From assembly GCA_045863235.1 (NCBI GenBank), contig BTUM01000003.1, positions 128,001 to 192,000 on the forward strand: a stretch of 64,000 nt of DNA, given 5' to 3'. The DNA comes from Candidatus Xenobia bacterium (lineage in GTDB: Bacteria > Vulcanimicrobiota > Xenobia > Xenobiales > QWHO01). The notes under the pieces are model-generated. The model saw only the letters and a program-made list of their open reading frames with translations, was not told where the DNA came from and did not search any database. Shown piece by piece: positions 39,230 through 49,909 of this stretch (positions are counted from its first letter, which is position 1; each line of letters starts with the position of its first letter). The position numbers and the translations under genes are program-made.

Positions 39230-41874
39230 GCAGCCTCCTCGAGGGGAATCTGGATGACAAAGGTGCTCCCTCCGCCGGGCCTTTCCTCTACCCAGAGCGA
39301 CCCGCCGTGCAACTCCACCAGCCCCCGGCTGATGGCCAGGCCCAACCCGGTACCACTGACCTCGTCGGACAGGCGAAAGAACTTGTCGAAAACTCGCTCG
39401 CGGGCCTCGGCGCCAATGCCCGCGCCCCGATCTGAGATGCGGATCTGGGCCCGGCGGGCAATCTTGTCCACGACCCGGGCCTCGATATGCACCCCGGACC
39501 CTTCGGGCGAATACTTGGCGGCGTTCTCGAGCAGGTTGTAGAGCACCTGACTGAAGGGCACGAAATCCACCGGGATCATCGGGAAGTCGGTCGGAATCTC
39601 AACTTCAAGGGGACGCCCGGCGTACAGATGATCGAGGCGTCCCAGGGCACTCCCGATCAGGTCGCTGAGCTCGCAGGGCTCGCGGTTGAGACGAGTCTGA
39701 CGAGACTCCACCCGGGACATGTCCAGCAAGTTGGCCACCAGACCGCGCAGGCGCTCGGTCTGCTCGCGCGCGCTGGCCAGCAGGCTGGCTCGAGCCGCTT
39801 CATCGCCATGCACCGCCGGGTCAACCAGGCTGTCCAGGCAGCCCATGATGGAGGTGATGGGTGTCTGCAGGTCGTGGGAGACGGAATTGAACAAGATGGT
39901 GTGCAGCCGCTCGGTCTCCTCGAGCAACTGGGCCCGGCGGGCTTCTTCGGTCAATCGCACCCGGTGCAGGGCCATCGCCTCGAGATTGGTCAGCGTCTCC
40001 ACCAGCTGGCGCTGAGAGGCGGTCAACTTCCGGCCGTCCAGCTTCAATCGCAGCACGGCCACCGTCTGGTCTCCCTGCCGCAGGGGAAAGTAGAAGTCGT
40101 TGACTGCCGGCAGGGTATCGGTGCCGCACCCGGCCGGCTGGCCGTTGCGGTAAGCCCAGGTGGCCACGGCGGCGTCCTCGGGCGTGGAGAGCTGGTGCAG
40201 GGAAGCCGGATGCACCACCAGGCGCTCGCCCTGAGGCAGATAGAGGGTGGCCGGCACCCCCAGAGGACCTTGCAGGCTGGCCATCAGGGCCGCCACGATC
40301 TCATGCTCGTTGGCGGCCTGAGCCAGGTCGCGACTGAGCGCGTAGGCGGCCATCACCTGCAGCTGGCTGCGCCGGGAAGCCTGCACCTGGTCGCGCTCGC
40401 GGGCGGTCAGGTCGCCCACCAATAAGCCCACCACCAGCAGGGCAGCAAAGGTGACAAAATACTCGGTATCGCTGACCGCAAACGTGTAGCGCGGGGGCAC
40501 GAAGAAGAAATCGAATGCCAGCACGCTCAAGCCGGCCGACAGCGCGGCCGGACCGCGACCGGCCACCAGCGCCGTGAGCACCACCCCCAGCAGGTAGAAC
40601 ATCACCAGGTTGGTGACGTCCAGGAACGGGTCCACCACCTCGCCCAGTCCGGTCACCAGGGCTACCAGGGCCAGCGCCAGAGCGTACGAGCGCCAGGCAG
40701 TCACGGCCGGCGACCGCGGTCGGACCAGAGCAGCCGCCCCGGACCCGCGCGAGATGACCACCACGTCGATGTCGCCGCTCTCCTCGATCAGCCGATCGCT
40801 GATCGATCGACTCCACCAGGGGGTGCGCTCCGACCGGCCCATGACCACCTTGGTCACGTTCTGGCCACGCGCATACTCCAGCGTGGTGGCCACCAGGCTC
40901 GAGCCGCTCAGACGCACGGTGCGTGCCCCCAGCGACTCGGCCAGGCTCAGGTTGCTCTCGAGCTGCTCACGGTCGGCATCGGTCAAAGAGGACTCGGGGC
41001 TGTCGACGTAGAGCGCCTCCCAGCTGGCTTTCAGCTGGTTGGCCAGGCGGCGGGTGGCCCGGATCAATCGCTCGGAGAACGGGCTCGGACCCACGCACAC
41101 CAGCAGCCGCTCGGAAGCAGGCCAGGGCCCGGCGATGGCCATGAGCTGCATGTGAGCCCGCATCTCTGAGTCGACCCGCTCAGCCGCGCGGCGCATCACC
41201 AGCTCGCGCAGGGCGGCCAGCTTGCCGGGACCGAAGAAGTTCTCGGCAGCATAGCGGGCCTGGGTGGGAATGTAGACCTTGCCTTCCTTGAGGCGCTGCA
41301 GCAGCTCCTCGGGGGGCAGGTCGATCAGCTTGATCTCGTCGGCCTCGTCGAGCACCCGGTCGGGCAGCGTCTCGCGCACCTTGACCCGGGTGATCTGGGC
41401 TACCACGTCGTTGAGGCTCTCCAGGTGCTGGATGTTCAGCGTGGTGTAGACGTCGATGCCCGCTTTGAGCAGCTCCTCCACGTCCTGCCAGCGTTTGCGG
41501 TGGCGAGAGCCGGGCACGTTGGTGTGAGCCAGCTCGTCCACCAGTACCAGCTGAGGTTTGCGCTGGAGGATCGCGTCGAGATCCAGCTCTTCCAGCACCA
41601 CCTCACGATAGGCTCGCGACCGACGCGGGAGAACCTCAAGACCGACCAGCATGGCCTCGGTTTCCGCCCTGCCGTGCGTGTCCACCCAGCCCACCAGCAC
41701 GTCGACGCCTTCCTCATGCTTCTGGCGGGCGGCCTCGAGCATGGCGAAGGTCTTGCCCACCCCGGCGCAGTAACCCAGGAAAATCTTCAGCCGACCGCGG
41801 TGCGCTCGCTGCTCCTCGGCCTGAACGACAGCCAGAAGGTCCTCTGGATTGGGACGGTGGACAGTATCCGGCAA
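39226..41874 (-). CDS. kdpD: Sensor histidine kinase KdpD
   Basis: GRLKIFLGYCAGVGKT, VDELAHTN, USP domain, four TM helices, GAF, SHDLQTP. Confidence 0.97.
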   Translation of the reverse strand: MPDTVHRPNPEDLLAVVQAEEQRAHRGRLKIFLGYCAGVGKTFAMLEAARQKHEEGVDVLVGWVDTHGRAETEAMLVGLEVLPRRSRAYREVVLEELDLDAILQRKPQLVLVDELAHTNVPGSRHRKRWQDVEELLKAGIDVYTTLNIQHLESLNDVVAQITRVKVRETLPDRVLDEADEIKLIDLPPEELLQRLKEGKVYIPTQARYAAENFFGPGKLAALRELVMRRAAERVDSEMRAHMQLMAIAGPWPASERLLVCVGPSPFSERLIRATRRLANQLKASWEALYVDSPESSLTDADREQLESNLSLAESLGARTVRLSGSSLVATTLEYARGQNVTKVVMGRSERTPWWSRSISDRLIEESGDIDVVVISRGSGAAALVRPRSPAVTAWRSYALALALVALVTGLGEVVDPFLDVTNLVMFYLLGVVLTALVAGRGPAALSAGLSVLAFDFFFVPPRYTFAVSDTEYFVTFAALLVVGLLVGDLTARERDQVQASRRSQLQVMAAYALSRDLAQAANEHEIVAALMASLQGPLGVPATLYLPQGERLVVHPASLHQLSTPEDAAVATWAYRNGQPAGCGTDTLPAVNDFYFPLRQGDQTVAVLRLKLDGRKLTASQRQLVETLTNLEAMALHRVRLTEEARRAQLLEETERLHTILFNSVSHDLQTPITSIMGCLDSLVDPAVHGDEAARASLLASAREQTERLRGLVANLLDMSRVESRQTRLNREPCELSDLIGSALGRLDHLYAGRPLEVEIPTDFPMIPVDFVPFSQVLYNLLENAAKYSPEGSGVHIEARVVDKIARRAQIRISDRGAGIGAEARERVFDKFFRLSDEVSGTGLGLAISRGLVELHGGSLWVEERPGGGSTFVIQIPLEEAA

Positions 41875-41902
41875 GGCTGCTCGTTTCGCCGTCTCGACCG
41901 GC

Positions 41903-42427
41903 TCATCCCCGGTCCAGGGCCTGGTTGAGTTGCAGAACGTTTACCCTCGGCTGGCCGAAAACGCCCAGCTGGGGGCCCTGGGTATGGGCCTCCACAAGCT
42001 TCAAAACGGCCCCCGGGTCCATCTGACGCGCGGAGGCCACCCGCGACACCTGATAGTGGGCGGCTTCAGGGGAGATATGAGGATCCAGACCGCTGCCCGA
42101 GGCGGTGACCAGATCCACCGGCACCGGCCTGGCTGGCCCCAGAGCCTCCAGACGAGCGGCGGCGGCATCAAAGAGCCTGGCGTTCAGCGGCCCCAGGTTC
42201 GAGCCCGAGGAGGCTCCCCCGTTGTACGGCGTCGGACCGGTGGCCGACAGCCGTCCCCAAAAATACCTGGCATCGCTGAACTCCTGGCCAATCAATTGGG
42301 CAGCATCTCCCCTGGCCTGAACAGGGAAGAGCAGGCTGCCCACCAGCGTCATGCCGACCGGGTAGACCACGCCAGTCAGGAGGGTGAAGAGCGCGTAGAG
42401 GATCAGGGCAGGCTTGAGGTGTTTCAT
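41903..42427 (-). CDS. kdpC: K+-transporting ATPase subunit C
   Basis: [34 protein letters not shown]. Confidence 0.96.
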   Translation of the reverse strand: MKHLKPALILYALFTLLTGVVYPVGMTLVGSLLFPVQARGDAAQLIGQEFSDARYFWGRLSATGPTPYNGGASSGSNLGPLNARLFDAAAARLEALGPARPVPVDLVTASGSGLDPHISPEAAHYQVSRVASARQMDPGAVLKLVEAHTQGPQLGVFGQPRVNVLQLNQALDRG

Positions 42428-44421
42428 TGTCCCACTCCCAGGGCGACGAGCGCCATGTCAACGAGCTTGATTCCCACGAAGGGAGCGATGAGGCCGCCCA
42501 CGCCGTAAATGAGCAGATGGTCACGCAGCAACTGGGCCGCTCCCACGGCGCGATAGGGGACTCCGCGCAGAGCCAGCGGGATCAGAGCCACGATGATCAG
42601 GGCGTTGAAGATCACCGCTGACAGGATGGCGGTCTCCGGGTTGGCCAGGTGCATGAAGTTGAGCCTGTCGAGCACCGGATAGGTAGTCGAGAACGCAGCC
42701 GGGATGATGGCGAAGTACTTGGCCACGTCATTGGCGATGCTGAACGTGGTCAGGGCTCCACGGGTCATCAGCAGCTGCTTGCCGATCTCCACGATCTCGA
42801 TCAACTTGGTGGGGTTGGAGTCGAGGTCGACCATGTTGGCCGCCTCGCGAGCCGGCTGGGTGCCTGTATTCATGGCCACGGCTACGTCTGCCTGAGCTAA
42901 AGCGGGAGCGTCATTGGTGCCGTCGCCGGTCATGGCCACCAGCCGCCCCCCGGCCTGGTATTCACGAATCAAGGACAACTTGTTCTCGGGTGTCGCCTGG
43001 GCCAGGAAATCGTCCACCCCGGATTCGGCCGCGATGGCGGCGGCCGTGAGGGGATTGTCGCCGGTGATCATCACCGTCTTGATGCCCATGCGCCGGAGCT
43101 GAGAGAAGCGCTCCTTGATACCGCCCTTGACGATGTCCTTGAGGTGGATGGCTCCCACGACCCGCCCGTTCTCAGCCACCAGCAAGGGCGTGCCACCCTG
43201 TCTGGCGATGGTCTCGGTGGCCTCCACCAGCTCGGGAGGACACGATCCCACCCAGTTGGTGACGGTATCCGGTGCCCCCTTGCGGATCTGCGTGCCGTTG
43301 AGGTTCACCCCGCTCATGCGAGTCTGAGCCGTGAAGGTCACAAACTCGGCGTGCTCGGGCAGCTCCGGTGCCCGCAAGCCGAACTTTTCCTTGGCCAGCA
43401 CCACGATGCTGCGCCCTTCGGGCGTCTCGTCGGCCAGCGAGGAGATCTGCGCCAGCCGGGCCAGCTCCTTTTCGGGCATTCCGTTGACCGGGTAGAAAGC
43501 CACCGCCTGGCGATTGCCCAGGGTAATGGTGCCGGTCTTGTCCAGTAAGAGAACGTCCACGTCACCCGCCGCCTCCACCGCTCTCCCCGACATGGCCAGC
43601 ACGTTGCGACGGATCAGGCGGTCCATCCCGGCGATGCCGATGGCCGAGAGCAAGCCCCCGATGGTGGTCGGAATCAGGCAGACCAGCAGGGCCACCAGCA
43701 CCGTCAGGGTGACGGGCTGTCCCTGGCCGGCTGCCTCGACGCTATAGAGTGAGAAGGGGTAGAGCGTCACCACCACCAGCAAGAAAATGATGGTGAAGCC
43801 GGCCAGCAGGATGTTCAGGGCGATCTCGTTGGGGGTCTTCTGGCGCCTGGCCCCCTCCACCATGGCGATCATCCGGTCGAGGAAGCCCTGGCCCGGGTCC
43901 TGCTCGATGCGGATGACCAGCCAGTCGCTGAGCACCCGTGTTCCCCCGGTGACGGCGCTGCGATCGCCGCCCGACTCGCGAATGACGGGCGCGGACTCAC
44001 CCGTGATGGCGCTCTCGTCCACCGAAGCGATGCCGTCCACCACCTCACCATCGGCGGGGATCGGCTCGCCAGCGGAAACCAGCACCAGATCGCCCCGGCG
44101 AAGGTCGGTGGAAACGACCTCCTCAAGGTCCTGGCGGTTCTCGAGGCTCCGCAGGCGCTTTGCACTGGTCTGCTGGCGGCTGCGGCGCAGGGCGTCGGCC
44201 TGGGCTTTCCCACGGCCTTCGGCCAGCGACTCGGCAAAGTTGGCGAAGAGCACCGTGAACCAGAGCCAGAGCGCGATCTGCACGGTAAACCAGTCCAGGT
44301 CCCGCAAGGCCATCACCGTAACCAGCACGCTGCCCACTTCGACCACGAACATGACCGGGTTCCGGGCCATGGTGCGGGGGTCGAGCTTTCGGAAGGCATC
44401 TTTGAGGGCTCGCAGGTACAT
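42424..44421 (-). CDS. kdpB: K+-transporting ATPase subunit B
   Basis: [26 protein letters not shown]. Confidence 0.98.
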   Translation of the reverse strand: MYLRALKDAFRKLDPRTMARNPVMFVVEVGSVLVTVMALRDLDWFTVQIALWLWFTVLFANFAESLAEGRGKAQADALRRSRQQTSAKRLRSLENRQDLEEVVSTDLRRGDLVLVSAGEPIPADGEVVDGIASVDESAITGESAPVIRESGGDRSAVTGGTRVLSDWLVIRIEQDPGQGFLDRMIAMVEGARRQKTPNEIALNILLAGFTIIFLLVVVTLYPFSLYSVEAAGQGQPVTLTVLVALLVCLIPTTIGGLLSAIGIAGMDRLIRRNVLAMSGRAVEAAGDVDVLLLDKTGTITLGNRQAVAFYPVNGMPEKELARLAQISSLADETPEGRSIVVLAKEKFGLRAPELPEHAEFVTFTAQTRMSGVNLNGTQIRKGAPDTVTNWVGSCPPELVEATETIARQGGTPLLVAENGRVVGAIHLKDIVKGGIKERFSQLRRMGIKTVMITGDNPLTAAAIAAESGVDDFLAQATPENKLSLIREYQAGGRLVAMTGDGTNDAPALAQADVAVAMNTGTQPAREAANMVDLDSNPTKLIEIVEIGKQLLMTRGALTTFSIANDVAKYFAIIPAAFSTTYPVLDRLNFMHLANPETAILSAVIFNALIIVALIPLALRGVPYRAVGAAQLLRDHLLIYGVGGLIAPFVGIKLVDMALVALGVGQ

Positions 44422-44422
44422 C

Positions 44423-46120
44423 TCAGAATACCACTCCCGTGGGCAGCATGAAGTGTTCGACGACAGGCCCGAGAGCCAGGGCCGGCAAGAAGGCCAGGGC
44501 TCCCACCACCAGCACCACCGTCACCAGCCAGAAAACGAACAGGGGGCCATGGGTGGGCAGGGTGCCAGGGCCCGGGGGAACCTTCTTCTTAGCAACCAGC
44601 GAGCCAGCCAGAGCCAGCACCGGGAGCGCGAGCCAGTAGCGGCTGACCAGCATCGCCAGGCCACCCCCAACCGAGTAGATCGGCCCGGTCGCGGTCAGTC
44701 CCCCGAAAGCGCTCCCATTGTTGTTGCCCATGGAGGTGAAGGCGTAAAGAATCTCGCTGAAACCGTGGGGACCGGTGTTGGCCACCGCCCCCTTGGCGGC
44801 CGGATTAACCATGGCCCAGGCGCTCAATCCCAGCACCACCGCCGGCATGATCAAGATGACCAGGGAGCACATCTTGATGTCGTAAGCCTCGATCTTCTTG
44901 CCCAGGTACTCGGGGGTACGACCCACCATCAAGCCAGCCGTAAAGACGGCCACCAGGGCAAAGACCAGCATGCCGTACAGCCCGCTGCCCACGCCCCCGT
45001 AGACCACCTCGCCCAGTTGCATCATCACCAGAAGACACAAGCCCCCCAGCGGCGTGAACGAGTCGTGCATGCTGTTGACCGACCCGTTGGAAGCAGCCGT
45101 GGTGCAAACCGCGTAGAGGGCCGAGAGCACCGTGCCAAAGCGCACTTCCTTGCCTTCCATGTTGCCGGCCGAGATGTCCACGCCCATGGCCGCCAGACGC
45201 GGGTTGCCCTGCATCTCAGCCCCCACGCAGAAGGCCACCACGGCCGCAAAGATCAAGGTCATGGCAGCCAGCAGGGCCCAACCCTGGAGGCGGTCGCCGG
45301 CCAGCTGCCCGAACGTATAGCAGAGGGCAGCCGGGATCAGCAGAATGGAAAGCATCAGGGCGAAGTTGCTCAGCGGGGTTGGATTCTCGAACGGGTGGGC
45401 CGAGTTGGCATTGAAGAAGCCCCCTCCGTTGGTGCCCAGTTGCTTGATGGCCACCTGGGAGGCGGCCGGCCCGCGGGCCACGACCTGCTCCGTCTGACCC
45501 TGGAGGGTTTTCACCGACTCGTAGTCGCCAAAATTCTGGGGTACGCCCTGAGAGATCAAAAAGAGCGCCCAGATCACTGACAGGGGCAGCAAGATGTAGA
45601 GGGTCGAGCGGGTCAGGTCGACCCAGAAATTCCCCAGCCCGTTCTCGTTGCAGCGGGAGAACCCGCGTGCCAGGGCGGCCAGGATGGCGATGCCGGTAGC
45701 GGCCGAGACGAAGTTCTGGACGGTCAGGCCGAGCATCTGGGTCAGGTAGCTCATGGTGGTCTCACCGCCGTAGGCCTGCCAGTTGGTATTGCTGACAAAG
45801 GAGGCAGCGGTATTGAAGGCCACCATCGAGGGCACGCCCGCCATCTGCTCGGGGTTGGCAGGCAAGTAGTGCTGCAGTCGCTGCAGGGCATAGAGAGCCA
45901 GGATGCCGACGGCCTGAAAAGCCAGCATGGCCAGGGCGTAGACCCGCCAGCTCATCTCTTGGCGGGGGTCGATGCCAGCCAGACGATACAATCCTCGCTC
46001 CAATGGCCCGAGCAGGCGCTCGAGAAGCACCGGTTTGCCATCCAGCACGCGGGCCATGAAGGCCCCCAGCGGCTTGACCAGGGCGAGCAACACGACAAAA
46101 TACAAGAGGACTTCCATCAT
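44423..46120 (-). CDS. kdpA: K+-transporting ATPase subunit A
   Basis: NTNWQAY, LGTNGGG, SNGSVN, NNGSAF. Confidence 0.98.
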   Translation of the reverse strand: MMEVLLYFVVLLALVKPLGAFMARVLDGKPVLLERLLGPLERGLYRLAGIDPRQEMSWRVYALAMLAFQAVGILALYALQRLQHYLPANPEQMAGVPSMVAFNTAASFVSNTNWQAYGGETTMSYLTQMLGLTVQNFVSAATGIAILAALARGFSRCNENGLGNFWVDLTRSTLYILLPLSVIWALFLISQGVPQNFGDYESVKTLQGQTEQVVARGPAASQVAIKQLGTNGGGFFNANSAHPFENPTPLSNFALMLSILLIPAALCYTFGQLAGDRLQGWALLAAMTLIFAAVVAFCVGAEMQGNPRLAAMGVDISAGNMEGKEVRFGTVLSALYAVCTTAASNGSVNSMHDSFTPLGGLCLLVMMQLGEVVYGGVGSGLYGMLVFALVAVFTAGLMVGRTPEYLGKKIEAYDIKMCSLVILIMPAVVLGLSAWAMVNPAAKGAVANTGPHGFSEILYAFTSMGNNNGSAFGGLTATGPIYSVGGGLAMLVSRYWLALPVLALAGSLVAKKKVPPGPGTLPTHGPLFVFWLVTVVLVVGALAFLPALALGPVVEHFMLPTGVVF

Positions 46121-46121
46121 C

Positions 46122-46205
46122 TCAGTCCAACCACTCCGGCTTGAGTAAAGCCACTCCCAGATAGAGGAAGAGAGCCATGGCAATTGCTCCAGCGATCAGG
46201 ATCAC
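46122..46205 (-). CDS. kdpF: K+-transporting ATPase subunit F
   Basis: Not in the ORF track. GTG-ILIAGAIAMALFLYLGVALLKPEWLD-stop carries the YL..AL..PE signature and lies directly before kdpA. Confidence 0.9.
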   Translation of the reverse strand: MILIAGAIAMALFLYLGVALLKPEWLD

Positions 46206-46288
46206 TTCAACCTCGCGCACAAATTCAGCAACTCCAGGGTGAGGGCCCCGAAGCAAAGCATCGCTATCAGCATGAAGACGTCACCCAC
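46202..46288 (-). CDS. 28-aa hydrophobic micro-protein upstream of kdpF
   Basis: SD GGAGG, GTG-GDVFMLIAMLCFGALTLELLNLCARLK-stop, GTGA coupling to kdpF. Confidence 0.72.
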   Translation of the reverse strand: MGDVFMLIAMLCFGALTLELLNLCARLK

Positions 46289-46439
46289 AGGCTCACCTCC
46301 GCACCCGGCCCAGTCCGTGAAAAGACAAGGATTCCTTCGCGCCTGCACCAGATCCATTGCAGCAATTTCCGGCGCAGTTCACGCTTTGAAGTGTATGGGA
46401 CCGATAGTCACAGGCAGGTCAAGCTGCCAGACCGGGGGC

Positions 46440-46455
46440 TCAAGAAATCATCAAA
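46440..46455 (-). promoter_or_regulatory. Possible KdpE box
   Basis: The minus strand reads TTTGA-TGATTTC-TTGA (TTGA-N7-TTGA), upstream of a TACACT -10 with a poor -35. Confidence 0.35.
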
Positions 46456-46572
46456 CTTGAAATTGACATGGCTTTGAGACAGATTCCCAGGTCCGTGATC
46501 GGTTCTTTACGGCTCCTGACTAAACTGAGGTGCATGATTTTCTCAGCCAGGCTGAGAGAAAAGGGGAACACC

Positions 46573-47340
46573 ATGCTGTTCAGGGCCATACTCATCGGGG
46601 GATTGCTGACTGCGGGGGCGTGGGCACAGAACGAGGAATCGACGACCCCGGAACGCCCTCCCCTGACCGTCGACCGGCCCAGCTTCGGCAACAGTGCGAA
46701 CGTGGTGGGCGACGGCATCGTGCAGCTCGAGTCGGGCTTTCTCACCCAGAGCTTCAAGGACGCCGGCTCGGTTCCGCTGTACAACTTCCCCCAGCGCTTG
46801 CGGGTGGGTCTGAGCGAGGACTTCGAGCTGCGCCTGGACACCAACTTCCTGAGCTTCCAGGGAGGCAACAGCGGGCTGGACGACTGGGCTCCTGGATTCA
46901 AGTACAACTTCGCCAGATCCGATGACTACAAGCTGTCGATTCTGGGCACCCTGGAGATCCCGTCGGCCACCAATCCCGCCTTCCGGAGCTCCCAGGTCAA
47001 CGGTGGGCTGAGCCTGATCGGCGATTTCCCTCTGGACGAGCTGACTTACATCAACGTGAACGGGGGGTTTCTGACCCCGGTTGACGCGCTCGGCAACCGG
47101 GCCGTGCAGCCCTTCGGCACGTTCTATGTGGGGCGCACGTTGAGCGACACGTCCAGCGGCTACGTCGAGTTCGCCCTCTTTGGCGAGGGCCCGGCCGGCT
47201 ACCCGGCGGTCACCGCTGTGGACGGCGGTGTGAGCTTCACCCTCAGTCCCGACTGCGCGCTCGACTTTGCCGTCTTCAAGGGACTGTCGGGCGTGGGGCT
47301 GGACTGGGGCGGCACCATCGGCCTGACCAACCGATGGTAG
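46573..47340 (+). CDS. Outer-membrane beta-barrel (MetA-pathway / phenol degradation transporter-like)
   Basis: Signal peptide, TVDRPSF...VVG.G.VQLESG, RLRVGL, terminal aromatic residue (TNRW). Confidence 0.8.
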   Translation: MLFRAILIGGLLTAGAWAQNEESTTPERPPLTVDRPSFGNSANVVGDGIVQLESGFLTQSFKDAGSVPLYNFPQRLRVGLSEDFELRLDTNFLSFQGGNSGLDDWAPGFKYNFARSDDYKLSILGTLEIPSATNPAFRSSQVNGGLSLIGDFPLDELTYINVNGGFLTPVDALGNRAVQPFGTFYVGRTLSDTSSGYVEFALFGEGPAGYPAVTAVDGGVSFTLSPDCALDFAVFKGLSGVGLDWGGTIGLTNRW

Positions 47341-47352
47341 CGATGCCCCATC

Positions 47353-47730
47353 TCAGCCAAAGCTCAGGTCAGGTATCCCCTCGAAATCGCGGACGTTGCG
47401 GGTCAAGAGCGGGGCATGACACCAGGCCGCCGTGGTTCCAATCGCGATGTCCGCGGCCCGGCGACGTGGAGAGCCAAGACTCCGGAAGGTATTGGCGGCT
47501 CGGAGAGCGAGCTCCTCACTGAAAGGCAACACTCCCTGCGAACCAAAGAAGGTGCGGGCCAGGGCCAGTTGGTGGGGAGTGCGAGGGCCCCGACAGAACT
47601 CGTACCAGGCGACGGCCGAGAGTTGCAGGTCACTGCCCGCATCCAACAGGTCAAAAACCTGGTCGCGCTCAGGCCCCGCGACCTCCACCGCATAGATCAA
47701 GAAATCTGTGTCCAGGTGATAAGACCTCAA
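47353..47730 (-). CDS. vapC: PIN-domain toxin
   Basis: HLDTDFLI, AWYEF, DIAIG, LLTRNVRDF. Confidence 0.9.
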   Translation of the reverse strand: MRSYHLDTDFLIYAVEVAGPERDQVFDLLDAGSDLQLSAVAWYEFCRGPRTPHQLALARTFFGSQGVLPFSEELALRAANTFRSLGSPRRRAADIAIGTTAAWCHAPLLTRNVRDFEGIPDLSFG

Positions 47731-47981
47731 AAGCCTTCATCCTCCTCCTTGAGGCGGCGAACTTCCTCGGCCGGGTCGTGGCCTTTGAAGGCCTCGATCA
47801 ATTCCTCAAACCTGCGGCGGCGCTCGCGGCGAAGATGCGTCGGAGTCTCTGTGAGCTGGTCGCGATAGCCGACAATGGCCCGTCGGATCGCCTCCGAGGT
47901 GGATACATTCAGGCGAGTGGAAAGCTCGCGAGCCGCTCGGAGAGACTCTTCATCGAGCATGACAGTCGTACGCTGATACAT
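47727..47981 (-). CDS. Ribbon-helix-helix antitoxin (VapB-like)
   Basis: RTTVMLDEE...STSEAIRRAI. TTGA overlap with the toxin. Confidence 0.85.
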   Translation of the reverse strand: MYQRTTVMLDEESLRAARELSTRLNVSTSEAIRRAIVGYRDQLTETPTHLRRERRRRFEELIEAFKGHDPAEEVRRLKEEDEGF

Positions 47982-48054
47982 ATCTTATGTTACGCACAGT
48001 GTGCCATCGGAGTCAAGCCTGGCTTCTCAGGCCGCCATTCCTGGCGCACCAATA

Positions 48055-48081
48055 GAAAAGGGCCGCGGCTTCCCGCGGCCC
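48055..48081 (-). terminator. Intrinsic terminator of the Gly-rich gene
   Basis: Minus strand GGGCCGCGG-GAAG-CCGCGGCCC-TTTTC. Confidence 0.8.
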
Positions 48082-48104
48082 ATTTCGAATGGCAAGCGAG
48101 TGTC

Positions 48105-49625
48105 TTACTGGAAGGCCAGGCCCGCCAGACCGCTCTGCTGCACGGACGGTGCCAGCACCGGGCAGCGCCCGATGTTCTGCACGTTGGTGATGTCGACTCC
48201 GGGCGGAACGCCCGGAGGGGGATTCTGGGCCAGACGCTGGAGCACGGTCTGCATCTGCTGCTGGTTCGTGATGCCCGACTGGCCCAGGATACTTTGCTGG
48301 GTGGGAGCCTGGGTGCCAAAGTTGACCTGGTCGAGCGTCTGGATGAACGCCCGGCCCAGAGCCGAACCGTCGCGGGTGCCGTTGTCGGCCCCATCGGCGG
48401 CCAGCAGAGCCTGCAGGTCGCCGCGGTTGAGACCGGCGTCCAGCGAGTTCTGGCTGTTCAGGGTCCACTGGACCACCGAGCCGTCGTTCAGGCCATTGTC
48501 GAGCGTGTCGTGGCCCCAGAGACGCAGGACCGAGTTACTCATGCTACCCAGGCCGTTGTTCCCGGTAATCCGGTTCTCCATGTTGACCGGGCCCTGAGCA
48601 TAGGTGATCGGACGATTGCCGTAGCGCTGGTTGAGGTCGACGCCCGTCTCGGCCTTGTAGACTTCGAAGAAGGCTGCGTCGAGACCCTTGCCAGTCAGGC
48701 CGCCGTAAGTCTGCATCTCGTACTGGTAGATCCGCTTGGCCAGCTCGACCTCAGCCGGCTTGAAGCCGCTGGGGTTCTGCAGCACGTTGAGGATCACGCC
48801 ACCGTCGTTCTTGCCGGCCGAGGTAACCTGAATACCGTAAAGGTGCACGGCCGCACGCTGGGCATCGCTCAGGCCGCTGACCTGCTGGCGCTGCTGAGAG
48901 TTGAGGTCCTGATAGCGGAAGTTCGGTCCGGGGGCCTGGCCCACTCCGCCACCGCCACCAACGCCACCGCCGCCGTAGCCGCCACCAGCGCCACCAGCGC
49001 CACCAGCGCCGCCAGCGCCACCAGCACCGCCGGCACCACCGACACCGCCGCCGCCGTAGGCGCCACCGCCGCCACCGACGCCGCCACCGCCGTAACCACC
49101 GCCACCGTTGCCGCCGACGGGTCCAGGCCGCATACTGCCGGCCGTCAAGCCGCCGCCGCCACCGTAAGCTCCACCGGCCCGACCGGCGCCGCCAGCGTTG
49201 CCAGCGTTGCCCGCATTCCCGGCGTTGCCCGCATTCCCGGCGTTGCCGGCGTTCCCGGCGTTGCCCGCGTTCCCGGCGTTGCCCGCGTTCCCGGCGTTGC
49301 CCGCGTTCCCGGCGTTGCCCGCGTTCCCGGCATTGCCGGCGTTACCCGCGCCACCGATGCCACCCTGGCCGCCTTGACCGGCAAAGCCACGGTAGCCCGA
49401 GTTTAACTGCTGCAAAGCAGCCAGCAGCATTTGAATCATCTGCTGGAACTGCATCAACATGGCTGGATTCTGCTGCATCGAAGCCAGCGGATTTTGAGAG
49501 AGAGGGTTGTTGAACAGGCCGGTTGGACCTGCAGACGGGAAAAATTGATTGCCGTAGGGCGAAATGCCGCCCGGTGAACCGTACTGGGGAAAACCTCCCC
49601 CGGGAATGAAACCACCGTAGGCCAT
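48105..49625 (-). CDS. Gly/Asn/Gln-rich protein with (GNA)17 repeat and a duplicated C-terminal module
   Basis: Strong SD GAGGAGGAG, its own terminator, and a globular C-terminal half. Confidence 0.85.
   Translation of the reverse strand: MAYGGFIPGGGFPQYGSPGGISPYGNQFFPSAGPTGLFNNPLSQNPLASMQQNPAMLMQFQQMIQMLLAALQQLNSGYRGFAGQGGQGGIGGAGNAGNAGNAGNAGNAGNAGNAGNAGNAGNAGNAGNAGNAGNAGNAGNAGNAGGAGRAGGAYGGGGGLTAGSMRPGPVGGNGGGGYGGGGVGGGGGAYGGGGVGGAGGAGGAGGAGGAGGAGGGYGGGGVGGGGGVGQAPGPNFRYQDLNSQQRQQVSGLSDAQRAAVHLYGIQVTSAGKNDGGVILNVLQNPSGFKPAEVELAKRIYQYEMQTYGGLTGKGLDAAFFEVYKAETGVDLNQRYGNRPITYAQGPVNMENRITGNNGLGSMSNSVLRLWGHDTLDNGLNDGSVVQWTLNSQNSLDAGLNRGDLQALLAADGADNGTRDGSALGRAFIQTLDQVNFGTQAPTQQSILGQSGITNQQQMQTVLQRLAQNPPPGVPPGVDITNVQNIGRCPVLAPSVQQSGLAGLAFQ
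49194..49346 (-). repeat. 17 x 9-bp coding tandem repeat (Gly-Asn-Ala)
   Basis: 153 bp. The units differ only at synonymous positions. Confidence 0.95.
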
Positions 49626-49909
49626 CAGTGCTCCTCCTCTGATCCGGTTTTCACACGCGAGCGGGGCGTTTCTGCCCGAAAGACAAAACCCTTGCCGACA
49701 CCCGGCATATCCATCTTATCACACGGTCTGGCGCAGAGTTTAGAAACGGAAAGTTAAACAATTGTTAACACGGTAAATTTTTGCCGCCGGCACCAGCCCG
49801 GGATGTCGTAACAACAGGGTTTTAGCCACGCCAGGCCCAGATTCCTGCCGAACAGAGGGGCTTCGCGCCGCCCGGCAGGGGCCACCACCTCCGCCAGGAA
49901 GCCCCCCGC

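Noticed and set aside
46121..46183. N-terminal extension of KdpA in the ORF track
   Set aside because: The region encodes kdpF in another frame, and KdpA starts at 46120.
49194..49346. Tandem repeat considered as a CRISPR array
   Set aside because: The 9-bp units have no spacers, vary only synonymously inside a CDS, and there are no cas genes.
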